A stretch of 64,000 nucleotides of DNA from a virus, in the IMG/VR virus record IMGVR_UViG_3300045988_118731, positions 1 to 64,000 of that record, one strand, 5' to 3'. The translations under genes and the position numbers were made by a program. The first letter of the stretch is position 1. Each line of letters opens with the position of its first letter. The notes below the pieces were generated by a model. The model did not search any database, was not told the DNA's origin, and worked only from the letters and a program-made list of their open reading frames with translations. This document shows, piece after piece, positions 28,359 to 37,987 of the stretch.

Positions 28359-28682
28359 ATGAAAGAAGATCTAATATGTGGAGTAGCGATCCTTTTGTAT
28401 TTAGTTTTATTATACTTGCTCACGACAATTTTCATAAAAACAGGTGAAGCAGTAGATCGTTATAAGATGAAGAAGAAAACTGACAAAATCAAAGTAGGTC
28501 AAAGATACGAACATAAGAACTACTTTGAGGATCCATTTGAAAGAGGCAAGCATGTGATTAAGATATTAGACATAAAAGAAGGGTACGCTCTGTATGTGTA
28601 TGAAGAAAAACTATATATACGTTCTTCTGAGAGTCTTGAATATATTGTTAAAAAATATATTTTAATTACTGATATAAAATAA
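28359..28682 (+). CDS. small membrane-anchored protein
   Basis: ORF; N-terminal hydrophobic helix. Confidence 0.4.
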   Translation: MKEDLICGVAILLYLVLLYLLTTIFIKTGEAVDRYKMKKKTDKIKVGQRYEHKNYFEDPFERGKHVIKILDIKEGYALYVYEEKLYIRSSESLEYIVKKYILITDIK

Positions 28683-28688
28683 GGGGTT

Positions 28689-29075
28689 ATGGAAAAGAAA
28701 GTCACAATCAAAGAAGGGATGGATATTTTTTACAAAAATGCAGGGAAAGATATATGGGTCTATATTGGACTTTTTGGAAATAAAGTGCTATCCATTTTAA
28801 AAAACAAAGGTGTTATTGCATGCGAAAACGATGCTGAATATTGCGTGTTGATGGATGGAGAAGATCATTTTATAAGTATAGCAAAAGACATGAGTCACGA
28901 CTATTGTTGTGAATACGTTGTAGAAAGAGCAGAAGCCTACAGAGACTACCCCTCCAAAGGTGCTACATGCAGTGTATGTCTGTTTGAAGATAATGAGAAT
29001 AAAGCGAGAGAAATGCTAAAGGAGGCGATAATAGAACTTTCAAAAAACAGTAAAATAGATTGCGATGGGCTTTGA
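28689..29075 (+). CDS. hypothetical protein
   Basis: ORF. Confidence 0.45.
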   Translation: MEKKVTIKEGMDIFYKNAGKDIWVYIGLFGNKVLSILKNKGVIACENDAEYCVLMDGEDHFISIAKDMSHDYCCEYVVERAEAYRDYPSKGATCSVCLFEDNENKAREMLKEAIIELSKNSKIDCDGL

Positions 29076-30486
29076 ACTTAGACCTTACCAAAAAGAGGCC
29101 GTAGATGCCGGGCTTAAGTTTCTTACAGGAAAATCTAAGAAGCCTGGCATAATAGTGGCCCCATGCGGAGCAGGTAAGAGCCTTCTGATATCCAAGATAG
29201 CGCATGAGATAAATAGACCGACGTTAGTATTGCAGCCATCAAAAGAGATTCTGGAACAGAATTATGCGAAAGCCATATCATTTGGAGCTAAACCTACCAT
29301 ATACTCTGCCTCATGTGGCGTAAAGGAATTATCGGCTATGACTTATGCTACACTTAAAAGCATAAAGAAAGACGTAGCAAGGTTGAAAGATATAGGGATA
29401 GACACCTTATTGGTGGACGAATGCCACTCGGGGTATTCCCCTGAGGAAGGTTCTGAATTTATGGAGTTTATGAGCGAGTTTCCCGAGGCGAAGGTGCTGG
29501 GCTTCACCGCCACGCCCTGCCGCCTCCGGACCTACAGCTCCATGCTGGAAGGAAACTACAGCAAACTTAATATGCTGACGAAAGACGAACATAACTTCTT
29601 CAAGAAAATAGTTCATGTAATACAAATACAAGAGCTAACTTCTCAAGGTTTTTGGTGTCCACTTAAGTACGAACGATGGTCGTTTGATGAATCGGCTCTG
29701 ATGTTAAACAGTACCGGAGCCGAATACACCAACGAATCTATCAAAGAAAGCATTGTACGAAACGGCTTAAACAACTCTATCTATAAGCGTCTTCTTCAGC
29801 TTATGAACGAGCGTAAGGCCATTTTGGTTTGCATGGATTCTATCGAATCATGTAATAGAATATCCGAGTTCATGAATGCCAGGATGGGAGCCATAACAGG
29901 TGTCGTAACATCGCTAACAACCAAAAAGAAAAGAGAGCAAATCATATCCGATTTCAAAGAAGGTAAGTTAAAGGTCGTGTTTAATTATTCAACGCTTGCT
30001 ACCGGATTTGATTTTCCTGAACTTGATTGTGTGATGTTTGGACGACCAACGTTCTCATATTCAGTATTTTACCAAATTGTAGGTCGAGCCGTCCGCATCC
30101 ATCCTGACAAGAAAGAGGCGCTGATAGTTGATTGCTGCGACAACATGAGGCGTTTCGGCCGGATAGAAGATTTAACGATCGAACAATTTCCTTCTAAGGG
30201 ATGGTGTATGTTTGCCGGCGATCAACTTCTGTCCAATATAAGGATGGGTGATATTATTACCAAAGACGAAATCCTTCGCCGGGCAGCCTCGCTTAAATCC
30301 GTAAATGGAGATGGTAGGAGAGAGGACGATCTTGACAGCATAATAATGTGGTTTGGAAAATATGAAGGAATTAGATTCAAAGACATACCGGTGTCGTATT
30401 TTAGGTTCTTGGCTGAGAATATGGCAGTAAAACCGGGAGATAGGAAAGAAAAGATTATCGAATATTATAATAGGATAAAAGCATGA
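29065..30486 (+). CDS. SF2 DEAH-box helicase
   Basis: motif I APCGAGKS, motif II LLVDECHS, motif III GFTATP, motif VI QIVGRAVR. Confidence 0.8.
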   Translation: MGFELRPYQKEAVDAGLKFLTGKSKKPGIIVAPCGAGKSLLISKIAHEINRPTLVLQPSKEILEQNYAKAISFGAKPTIYSASCGVKELSAMTYATLKSIKKDVARLKDIGIDTLLVDECHSGYSPEEGSEFMEFMSEFPEAKVLGFTATPCRLRTYSSMLEGNYSKLNMLTKDEHNFFKKIVHVIQIQELTSQGFWCPLKYERWSFDESALMLNSTGAEYTNESIKESIVRNGLNNSIYKRLLQLMNERKAILVCMDSIESCNRISEFMNARMGAITGVVTSLTTKKKREQIISDFKEGKLKVVFNYSTLATGFDFPELDCVMFGRPTFSYSVFYQIVGRAVRIHPDKKEALIVDCCDNMRRFGRIEDLTIEQFPSKGWCMFAGDQLLSNIRMGDIITKDEILRRAASLKSVNGDGRREDDLDSIIMWFGKYEGIRFKDIPVSYFRFLAENMAVKPGDRKEKIIEYYNRIKA

Positions 30487-30845
30487 ACAGCAAAAGACGT
30501 AAGAAAATAGAGGATATTATTTCCAATTTGGAAAAGCATAAAACAGATCTTGAGTTTATCAAATCAAAGCTGTCAGAGGTCAGGCATAATCTGGATTCAG
30601 CCAAGGATGATGTTGATATGATTTTAGACGAGGAGACAGAAGCAAGAGACAATACGCCGGAGCCGTTACAAGATACAGAAAGATATTATCAATCAGATGA
30701 GGCTGTAGCTAATATGGAGGCGGTTGTTGATGATATGGAAAGTATTGTAGGGGATTTAGAGAATGCGGTTTCAACCATTGATGATAAAATCGATGAGATA
30801 GAAACTGATATTATAGGAAATTTAGAGGCAGCCATAGGCGCATAG
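30483..30845 (+). CDS. strongly acidic coiled-coil protein (DNA-mimic candidate)
   Basis: ORF; very high D/E content in a helical pattern. Confidence 0.5.
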   Translation: MNSKRRKKIEDIISNLEKHKTDLEFIKSKLSEVRHNLDSAKDDVDMILDEETEARDNTPEPLQDTERYYQSDEAVANMEAVVDDMESIVGDLENAVSTIDDKIDEIETDIIGNLEAAIGA

Positions 30846-30894
30846 TATAAAAAAAATACAATAATAAAATTTAACACAGTATATTTGTATAGGT

Positions 30895-30931
30895 ATAATA
30901 CGATACATATTCTTGTATCGTATTATTTTTT
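30895..30931 (+). terminator. 12-bp perfect inverted repeat (ataatacgatac ... gtatcgtattat) + T-tract; terminator or operator
   Basis: seen directly between acidic gene and KilA-N gene. Confidence 0.55.
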
Positions 30932-30945
30932 ATGTGTTATATTTT

Positions 30946-31680
30946 ATGAAAACGAATGTCACAATGGTATCAAAAGACCGAGAATTATTTGGCGTAATAA
31001 TTAAGCAGGACACTAAAACTTCGTTTATGTCCTTAACAGACCTTCAGGAAGCCTACACGAAGAAGAGGGTTGAGATGGGGTGGAATGAAAAGAGAATAGA
31101 GAATATCCTATCTAATAAGGAGAGTGCGGAACGGGTTTACTATATCCTTGAAAAACAGGGATATAAGATAGAATCAGGATTTCATGGTTTTATACAATCT
31201 GTTGAAAAAGAATCACTTATAAAAGTGATGAAAAAGATGGGAGCCTATAAAACAATGGGTAGAGGAGAGAATAGGAGAACTATGTGTAATCCATATATAT
31301 GGGTGCTTGTAGCTATGGAACTAAACCCTATGTTGTATGCTGAGGTTGTTACGTGGTTAACAGATAAGCTTATCTTAAACCGAATAGAGGCAGGTGATAA
31401 ATACAATGTCTTATCAAGAGCTATATCAAGATTTCCGGATGCCGATTACTCCAAGATGGCTAAAGGTTTAAATTGGATTGTATTTAATGAGCATGAAAGC
31501 ATGATAAGAAATAGGGCTACACAGGAGCAGTTGAAAGAACTTGAAACCCTACAGTCTAATCTTGCATTCTGCATAGAGATGGGAACCATCTCTTCTTTCT
31601 CTAATTTAATGAACATGATGAGGTCTATATATGTAAAGAAATGGGGAGAAGAGGCTGTAACTTCTAAAAACGTAAAATAA
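30946..31680 (+). CDS. KilA-N domain protein (start chosen downstream of hairpin; ORF track start 30913)
   Basis: MGWNEKRIENIL ... NPYIWVLVAMELNPMLYAEVVTWL matches KilA-N/APSES pattern. Confidence 0.6.
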   Translation: MKTNVTMVSKDRELFGVIIKQDTKTSFMSLTDLQEAYTKKRVEMGWNEKRIENILSNKESAERVYYILEKQGYKIESGFHGFIQSVEKESLIKVMKKMGAYKTMGRGENRRTMCNPYIWVLVAMELNPMLYAEVVTWLTDKLILNRIEAGDKYNVLSRAISRFPDADYSKMAKGLNWIVFNEHESMIRNRATQEQLKELETLQSNLAFCIEMGTISSFSNLMNMMRSIYVKKWGEEAVTSKNVK

Positions 31681-31681
31681 T

Positions 31682-31969
31682 ATGGGAGTAAAAGAAATAA
31701 GAGAACTACTTAGACTCTACAATCTCGAACATAGTGTCGTCCAGAACAAAAACTCTGGGCGGTATTCTATTATTCTCCATAACAACATCATAGGAACGAA
31801 CGTGGATGGAGAGAAGGTAGTTGTGTTCAGAACCATTCCGGATGGAAGCAATACGTTCTCTATGGAGCGAAATAGATTCTATGAGGGGTTTGTAGAGGCT
31901 TTTGATGACGATAAGGCGATTGAAGCCGTAAGACAGTATTTTGATAAAAACAGAAATGATAGGGTATAA
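31682..31969 (+). CDS. hypothetical protein
   Basis: ORF. Confidence 0.45.
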   Translation: MGVKEIRELLRLYNLEHSVVQNKNSGRYSIILHNNIIGTNVDGEKVVVFRTIPDGSNTFSMERNRFYEGFVEAFDDDKAIEAVRQYFDKNRNDRV

Positions 31970-32021
31970 GACGAAGATGGATTATATTACTATCGAAATG
32001 AGGTAAAACAACGATAAAACA

Positions 32022-32579
32022 ATGGAAAAGATGGATGATAATACTAAAAATATCCTTTATCCAAAAGGATCTATTTTTCGCATATTGAAAGATGATATAA
32101 TCAGTGCCGAATTTAAAGTCGCCAAAGGAGCTATAGCGGAGGCAGTATCAGACATAGAAGTAAATGATAAATATGCTGAGGTTTGTTGCAATGGGGAGAC
32201 GTTCGTTATAGAAACGGATATTATGGGTATTATTCTTACCAAAGACCCCATAGAAAACAAATCGGTGAAAAATGACATCATAGACGACAAACTACGATGG
32301 GATTTACTTCCTATGGAAGAGATTGAAGACATTGTAAGAGTCTATCATGCTGGCGCAAAGAAGTACGGACCTAACAATTGGCAGAATCTTGATAACGGCT
32401 TTGAACGGTATCGTGCTGCGGCTGCCAGACACCTAATGGAATACATGAAAGGAGAAAGAATAGATTCAGATACAGGGTGTTTTCATCTTGCACAATGTGC
32501 GTGGAACTGTATAGCTATGCTATGGTATGATAAGCACGGGAAAGGGTTAATACCATTAAATAAGGAGGAAAAGAAATGA
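32022..32579 (+). CDS. hypothetical protein; weak resemblance to phage dATP/dGTP diphosphohydrolase N-terminal domain
   Basis: YHAGAKKYGPNNW ... RYRAAAARHL recalled from phage nucleotide pyrophosphohydrolase-like proteins; weak. Confidence 0.45.
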   Translation: MEKMDDNTKNILYPKGSIFRILKDDIISAEFKVAKGAIAEAVSDIEVNDKYAEVCCNGETFVIETDIMGIILTKDPIENKSVKNDIIDDKLRWDLLPMEEIEDIVRVYHAGAKKYGPNNWQNLDNGFERYRAAAARHLMEYMKGERIDSDTGCFHLAQCAWNCIAMLWYDKHGKGLIPLNKEEKK

Positions 32580-32884
32580 CAAAAGAACAAATGATTCAAC
32601 TGTTAGACACAGAGCTTGATGCAATGAACAAACACAGAAGTAATATTGAAAGAATTAAAAAGGAATATTTCGATTCTGTTTATGGATTCAAGAAGGGGGA
32701 TAAAGTGAACGTTCTTTACAAACGTTCGAAAGCACCTCTTGTTGGTTTCTTCAAGAGCGTTCAAATCATGAATACTGGAACAGTTATATTTACAATCCAG
32801 GAAGTTAATAAAGAAGGAAGACCTGGAAGAGGATCTTATTTGGTGTATGAAGGCGATTTAAGTGAAATCAAAAAAGTAGAATAA
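32576..32884 (+). CDS. hypothetical protein
   Basis: ORF. Confidence 0.45.
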   Translation: MTKEQMIQLLDTELDAMNKHRSNIERIKKEYFDSVYGFKKGDKVNVLYKRSKAPLVGFFKSVQIMNTGTVIFTIQEVNKEGRPGRGSYLVYEGDLSEIKKVE

Positions 32885-32885
32885 C

Positions 32886-33407
32886 ATGATCAGAGCAAGA
32901 TTTTATATTAGAAAAGACGACTGCGATAACGATTACCGTCCGGTCAAATGGCCTATAAAATATCCATATTGGTGTAGTGCAGAATCCAGTAATTCATTTG
33001 TATTGGTGGCGTATGCTGAAGATGAAGACAGCATAAAAGAACTGTGGCCGGAGGCGTATGATATTAATGTCTTAGAGAAAGATACCGAAATTAGATTCAC
33101 ATTAAGATTTCCTAAGCCGGAATGGTATGAATTATATGAAGAAATGTATGATACATTTGTGTGGATTACAGACACATGTTTGCAAGATGGTAAGATAAGA
33201 AAAGTAAAAGCTAAAATAGAAGATTATGATGGTACTTTATTAGCCGACACCCCTAACCGGTTCACTCCTTATACGATAGGGTATCAAGCTTTTAAAAATA
33301 AAGAAGAAGCTTTGAAATATGTAGAGGAACAGAGAACGGATTTAATTAAGCATCTTAAGTTGCAAATACACGAACTTGAAAATCTAAAATTTAAATGCGA
33401 TGATTGA
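32886..33407 (+). CDS. hypothetical protein
   Basis: ORF. Confidence 0.5.
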   Translation: MIRARFYIRKDDCDNDYRPVKWPIKYPYWCSAESSNSFVLVAYAEDEDSIKELWPEAYDINVLEKDTEIRFTLRFPKPEWYELYEEMYDTFVWITDTCLQDGKIRKVKAKIEDYDGTLLADTPNRFTPYTIGYQAFKNKEEALKYVEEQRTDLIKHLKLQIHELENLKFKCDD

Positions 33408-33460
33408 ATAATTTGATTATTTTACAAATAACGATTACATTTACGATATAAATCATTCAA

Positions 33461-34650
33461 ATGAGATTAGTTGAAAGGCATATAGTTAAAGACAACCGGT
33501 TTGAGGATATTTGCTTCAAATCCGGCTTGTTATATAATTATGTTCTTTACAACATTCGTCAAGGAATCTTTTCAGGTAACTATTTAAAGGAATTTGATTT
33601 ATCAGACAAACTTTGCAAAGAAAACCAATTCGATTTCAGGAATTTACCTAATCATGTATCCCAACAGGTGATTAAACAGGTATTTAAAAACATAAAATCC
33701 TGGATAAAACTCAAGAAGGATTTTGAAAAGAATCCTTCTAAATACGGAAATCATAGACCTCACCTTCCATCATACAAACAAGGTAAGAAACAAAACATGG
33801 TTGTTTTCACCAACTGCAATTGTAGGGTAAAGGGTGATAATTGTATTTATTTTGTTAAAGATATAATCAAACCTATCAAAACAAATGTAAAGAAAGACGA
33901 ACTAAAACAAGTTAGAATAATCCCTCTACTACATGTTATGTAGTAGAGGTAGTTTATGAAAGAAAGGAAACTGATCTTGGTTTAAACAAAGACAATTTTC
34001 TTTCGATTGATTTAGGATTGAATAATTTATGTTCATGTATTAGTAATGTAGAAACTAATTCTTTCATTATAAACGGACGGGTTATGAAATCAGTAAATCA
34101 GTGGTACAATAAGAAGAAAGCTAAGTTGATGTCTTTTGTTGGTAATAAGGGAACTTCAAATAGAATAAGAAAAATTACTTTGTTTAGAAATTGTTGGATA
34201 GAAGACAAATTGCATAAAATCAGTAGATACATTGTAGACTTTTGTAAATCTAACAATATAGGAACAATCATCATTGGATTAAACAAAGAATGGAAAAACG
34301 AGATAAATATCGGTAAAAGGAATAACCAACATTTTGTTTCTATTCCTCATTCTAAATTGATTGATAAGATTGTTTACAAAGCAAATCTTTTAGGGATAGA
34401 GGTAATTACTCATGAGGAATCTTACACATCAAAGATTGACCATCTTGCTTTTGAACCTCTAAAGAAACAAGAATCCTATTTAGGGAAAAGAAAGAAACGT
34501 GGATTATTCCAAAGTTCCGTTGGAAAGCTAATTAATGCTGATATTAATGGAGCTATAGGAATAGCAAGAAAAGTAGTCGGTGATTCTTTCATTGGAAAGA
34601 TAATCGATAGTGGATTTGTGTTTAATCCGGTTAGAATAAATATTTTGTGA
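33461..34650 (+). pseudogene. second TnpB-like gene, interrupted by 1-nt frameshift near 33920 (ORFs 33461..33943 + 34018..34650); zinc finger likewise lost
   Basis: N-half and C-half are about 75-80% identical to ORF 21438..22631; alternative frame reads PSTTCYVVEVVYERKETDLGLNKDNFLSIDLG, bridging the two ORFs. Confidence 0.6.
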
Positions 34651-34693
34651 TATAAGGTTGAATCTAATGAATAAAATGAATAATTTTAATAAC
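34651..34693 (+). ncRNA. conserved 3' flank of second TnpB-like copy (candidate RE / omega-RNA scaffold segment)
   Basis: tataaggttgaatctaatgaataaaatgaataattttaataac aligns to 22632-22675. Confidence 0.3.
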
Positions 34694-35404
34694 ATTAACT
34701 ACGCAGCAAAAGCCAGAAGAGCTTATTTGATAAACAATTTCGATAAGATTCTTAACAGTCTTAACACGCTTCATTCAACGGTTGAGACCATGACGTTGTT
34801 CGTAAACGACCAGGCTTATAATTACATTCTTAAGCTAAAGGAAGTAATTAAAACCAGTCCTATGTATAAGCACAATATCAAGCGTCTTTTAAATGATATG
34901 GACAAAGAGATAAAGAGGTACAATGCTTCTATCTACTACATAAATAAAGAGCGTAGTGAGGTTATAGCTGATATAACACAAGCGATGGAAGATTGCCTCA
35001 TGCCATACATAGACGATCTGGCCGGCGCTATAAGGACAGCCGTGTGGTCGAGGGGTGTGTCCGAGGAGCGGACGGAAGCGGCGGTACTGTCCCTAATCGT
35101 ATCCTCCTTGGCCACGACATCAGGCAGACTTATCTCAAGTGGATATCAGATCATGAAAGAAATGGGTGGTGGCTGGGGTGGTAATCCATTTACGTTTATG
35201 AGCATTGATAAGATAAGACACTTATCTACATCATTATCTGATGCTATTACCGGTGGGGAAATAGCTCTTGAAGAAAAAGAAGCCAATGATATAACTAAGG
35301 CAATGGATGTTTTTATTGAGAAAATGTCTGATTCGGATATTGTTGATAAGGTGATCAGCATACTCGAAGAGGCAGAATATAAAAATAAGGAGGAGCGATC
35401 GTGA
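34658..35404 (+). CDS. hypothetical protein (start lies inside the conserved TnpB 3' flank)
   Basis: ORF. Confidence 0.5.
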   Translation: MNLMNKMNNFNNINYAAKARRAYLINNFDKILNSLNTLHSTVETMTLFVNDQAYNYILKLKEVIKTSPMYKHNIKRLLNDMDKEIKRYNASIYYINKERSEVIADITQAMEDCLMPYIDDLAGAIRTAVWSRGVSEERTEAAVLSLIVSSLATTSGRLISSGYQIMKEMGGGWGGNPFTFMSIDKIRHLSTSLSDAITGGEIALEEKEANDITKAMDVFIEKMSDSDIVDKVISILEEAEYKNKEERS

Positions 35405-35592
35405 ATTATTTGGATGGGTATGTAGAAGAGATTCTTTCCGAGCCGTACTATGATGATTATGGCTCTGGGATTTTTAGGTGGTGGGTGAAAGTATCTTACG
35501 TTTGTTGTGGCATAGGAGCTGTCACTACCTTAATGTTTGATACGAGAGAAGAAGCGGAAGCTGTAAAAACAGGTTATAAATTTTTATGTTGA
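35401..35592 (+). CDS. hypothetical small protein
   Basis: ORF. Confidence 0.35.
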   Translation: MNYLDGYVEEILSEPYYDDYGSGIFRWWVKVSYVCCGIGAVTTLMFDTREEAEAVKTGYKFLC

Positions 35593-35599
35593 AAATAAT

Positions 35600-35836
35600 A
35601 TGAGGTATTTTATTTTATTGATGGCACTTGTGTTATCATCATGTTCGCATGATGATAGTCAGGTTAATAACGGATGGGTTATATATGATCTATGTCCTTT
35701 AGAAGATGGATGTATAATGTATTATGGTGAAGACGAAAGAATTTCAATATTTTATAATAATAGGCTTATAAAATTCGTTGGATACCAAGGGGAATACAAT
35801 ATCGGAGATTCTATTAAGATCGTAAAAGTTAAATAA
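35600..35836 (+). CDS. putative lipoprotein (signal peptide + lipobox LSSC)
   Basis: MRYFILLMALVLSSCSHDD. Confidence 0.55.
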   Translation: MRYFILLMALVLSSCSHDDSQVNNGWVIYDLCPLEDGCIMYYGEDERISIFYNNRLIKFVGYQGEYNIGDSIKIVKVK

Positions 35837-35837
35837 T

Positions 35838-36326
35838 ATGGAAAAGAATTTAAAACTCATATGTCCAAAATGTGGCACCCCTCACCAGCCTCATTCTCCG
35901 CACACGATGGATGCAGATGGATTTGAAAGGAGTGAGATAAGAACTGTCATGGAAGACAGGGGATGGTGCTACGAATGCTCTTTTTGGCAAAACTTGTACG
36001 ACAAGCACAAAGACGATCCTGGATGGGTTAGGATAGACGGTGTAAGCTGGGTGCTTAAGCCTATGGTGGAAAACGTACCGAGCGGATGGAACAGCCTTGG
36101 ATGTGGTGGAAGAAAAATGTATATCAATATCGAAGGGAAAGGCATTGTTACATCAAATAACTGCTGGTGTCAAGGTGATGTTTCGGACGCATTCAAGGAT
36201 CTTATGCCTGATAATGCTACTTGGGCTACGAAGGAGGAATTTGACAAAGCTCCTGTAGTAGGACATATCATAGAAGGTATTGGTTTAGTTTTCACAGATA
36301 GGGGAGGTCATGAAGTTAATGCTTAG
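35838..36326 (+). CDS. Cys-rich hypothetical protein (last gene of plus block)
   Basis: ORF; CPKCG ... CYEC. Confidence 0.5.
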   Translation: MEKNLKLICPKCGTPHQPHSPHTMDADGFERSEIRTVMEDRGWCYECSFWQNLYDKHKDDPGWVRIDGVSWVLKPMVENVPSGWNSLGCGGRKMYINIEGKGIVTSNNCWCQGDVSDAFKDLMPDNATWATKEEFDKAPVVGHIIEGIGLVFTDRGGHEVNA

Positions 36327-36369
36327 AAACTTATTTCATGTTCTGCTTATACAAGAAAAGATGGTAACT

Positions 36370-36416
36370 ACAACAATCCCCAACCATACAATAGGCGTAC
36401 GGTTGGGGATTGTTGT
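36370..36416. terminator. bidirectional terminator at convergence point (16-bp perfect stem acaacaatccccaacc / ggttggggattgttgt, 15-nt loop)
   Basis: seen directly; lies between the last plus gene (ends 36326) and the last minus gene (ends 36416). Confidence 0.7.
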
Positions 36417-37153
36417 CATATCGTAAAATTAAGTGTTTTTTTTAATACCAGATATTCAGTATGAACTTTACTTCCGCCATCATTTATCAAGTCCAAATGA
36501 ATATAAGCTGTATATGATACATGATGATCACCAGGAGCAAGACGTTCCACATCTGATAAGAACATAGAATTTAAACCTTGGCCAAGCCATGATTCTGGAT
36601 ATGGCAAAGGTTTAAAGTCGGCGTCTGTACATGTTACACTCCAAGTAAGATTAGGATCTGCCCTAACTATTCTATCATGAGGTCCATCAATTACAGGATC
36701 TGGCGTCTTATATTGGTAACTATCATAATTAAGGACAATAGGATCACCAAAGTTTACACCGTATATAGCAGCAGGTGGAGTAAAGCTTGTTATTAAAAGG
36801 GTTCTATTAATCCTATTGGTTGTTCTTAGCGTAAACTCATCAGGTGCTATCACACTTACTCTAAATCCATAATGAGGAGAGGTTGTTAAAGCAATAGCAA
36901 GAACCACCGAATCCTGTTCAAGCAATTTCTCTGTCGTATCAACCTGACTATCGATCTCTTGCCTATCTTCCATTGGAACACCGCCTTGGACTCTTATGGA
37001 ATCCAGCCGTTCTTTTTTAGACAGAAAGATAAATTGCCCGCCCTGTGGAATGGTGCCTACTTTCTTTCCTTCTACGATTACCCCCCCCCCTATACAATTG
37101 CTAACTATCTTATACTCATATAGTTTAGCATTATTTTCAAATCTTCTTCTCAT
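36416..37153 (-). CDS. putative tail fibre / receptor-binding-like protein with N-terminal MRRRF motif and G10 tract at codons about 21-25
   Basis: ORF; CIGGGVIV encoded by ataGGGGGGGGGGta (C10 at 37081-37090 on plus strand). Confidence 0.6.
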   Translation of the reverse strand: MRRRFENNAKLYEYKIVSNCIGGGVIVEGKKVGTIPQGGQFIFLSKKERLDSIRVQGGVPMEDRQEIDSQVDTTEKLLEQDSVVLAIALTTSPHYGFRVSVIAPDEFTLRTTNRINRTLLITSFTPPAAIYGVNFGDPIVLNYDSYQYKTPDPVIDGPHDRIVRADPNLTWSVTCTDADFKPLPYPESWLGQGLNSMFLSDVERLAPGDHHVSYTAYIHLDLINDGGSKVHTEYLVLKKTLNFTI

Positions 37154-37360
37154 AATTTCATAAAATTAATTCGGTAAAGGGGCAGACATAACGTGGATTA
37201 CTCCTTGTACTTGTATCCAAATGATCTCCTTGGATGTTTATATCATAATACCACGAATAGGTAAATTGTGTAGATTGAGTGGATGTCCACATTTTATTAC
37301 TCATTATCGTACCTCCTACCATTAAAAGTCATTCGTTTATTTCATTCGCATACAAAGATA

Positions 37361-37774
37361 TCAAAAAAACTCTCCGGCGCCACCTACATATCCATTTTGA
37401 CCATTTTTAAATAAATAGTTATTAGCTTTATTAAAAGCGTAATTTCCATTACTGGTATCATATTCAAGATACGCATTCTGATTTTCACGCCCCCAATAAT
37501 CCTTTTTAACGGTCTCCATATAAGAACTATTTTGTGCAAATACATTGTCTACTATTCCATTCTTACCCCAACTAAATGTGCCAATATATTCAGTGGCTAT
37601 AACAAAACACACTTTATCTACAAGAGCTATTCCATTGCATAGATCATTGGAATATCCTTTATTAGACCAATTTTCTTTCGTATATAATCCTCCATCTACA
37701 TGTTGGATGTATATGCCTTTATTGATTATAAGCGAGGGATTTACCCCCATCCCTATTTGAAATCTTCGTCTCAT
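37361..37774 (-). CDS. putative fibre-like protein, N/G/Y-rich; likely starts at internal MRRRFQ (ORF track gives 37361..37861)
   Basis: ORF; MRRRF motif shared with 36416..37153 and 52832..53371. Confidence 0.5.
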   Translation of the reverse strand: MRRRFQIGMGVNPSLIINKGIYIQHVDGGLYTKENWSNKGYSNDLCNGIALVDKVCFVIATEYIGTFSWGKNGIVDNVFAQNSSYMETVKKDYWGRENQNAYLEYDTSNGNYAFNKANNYLFKNGQNGYVGGAGEFF

Positions 37775-37987
37775 GATTTTTGTTTGCAAGATAGCAATAA
37801 TTGACAACATAAAAGAAACCGGTTCCCTATCATCTCTGACTAAGAACCGGTAAGAAAACAATTTCAGAAAAAATTTAACCTACATAATCTTTCAAGTAAG
37901 AACAAAAAACGTACAATCTACTCTTTGACGATGCTAATATAACATATTGGAATCATACAAAAACAATGCAAGTCCGATATTCTTCGT

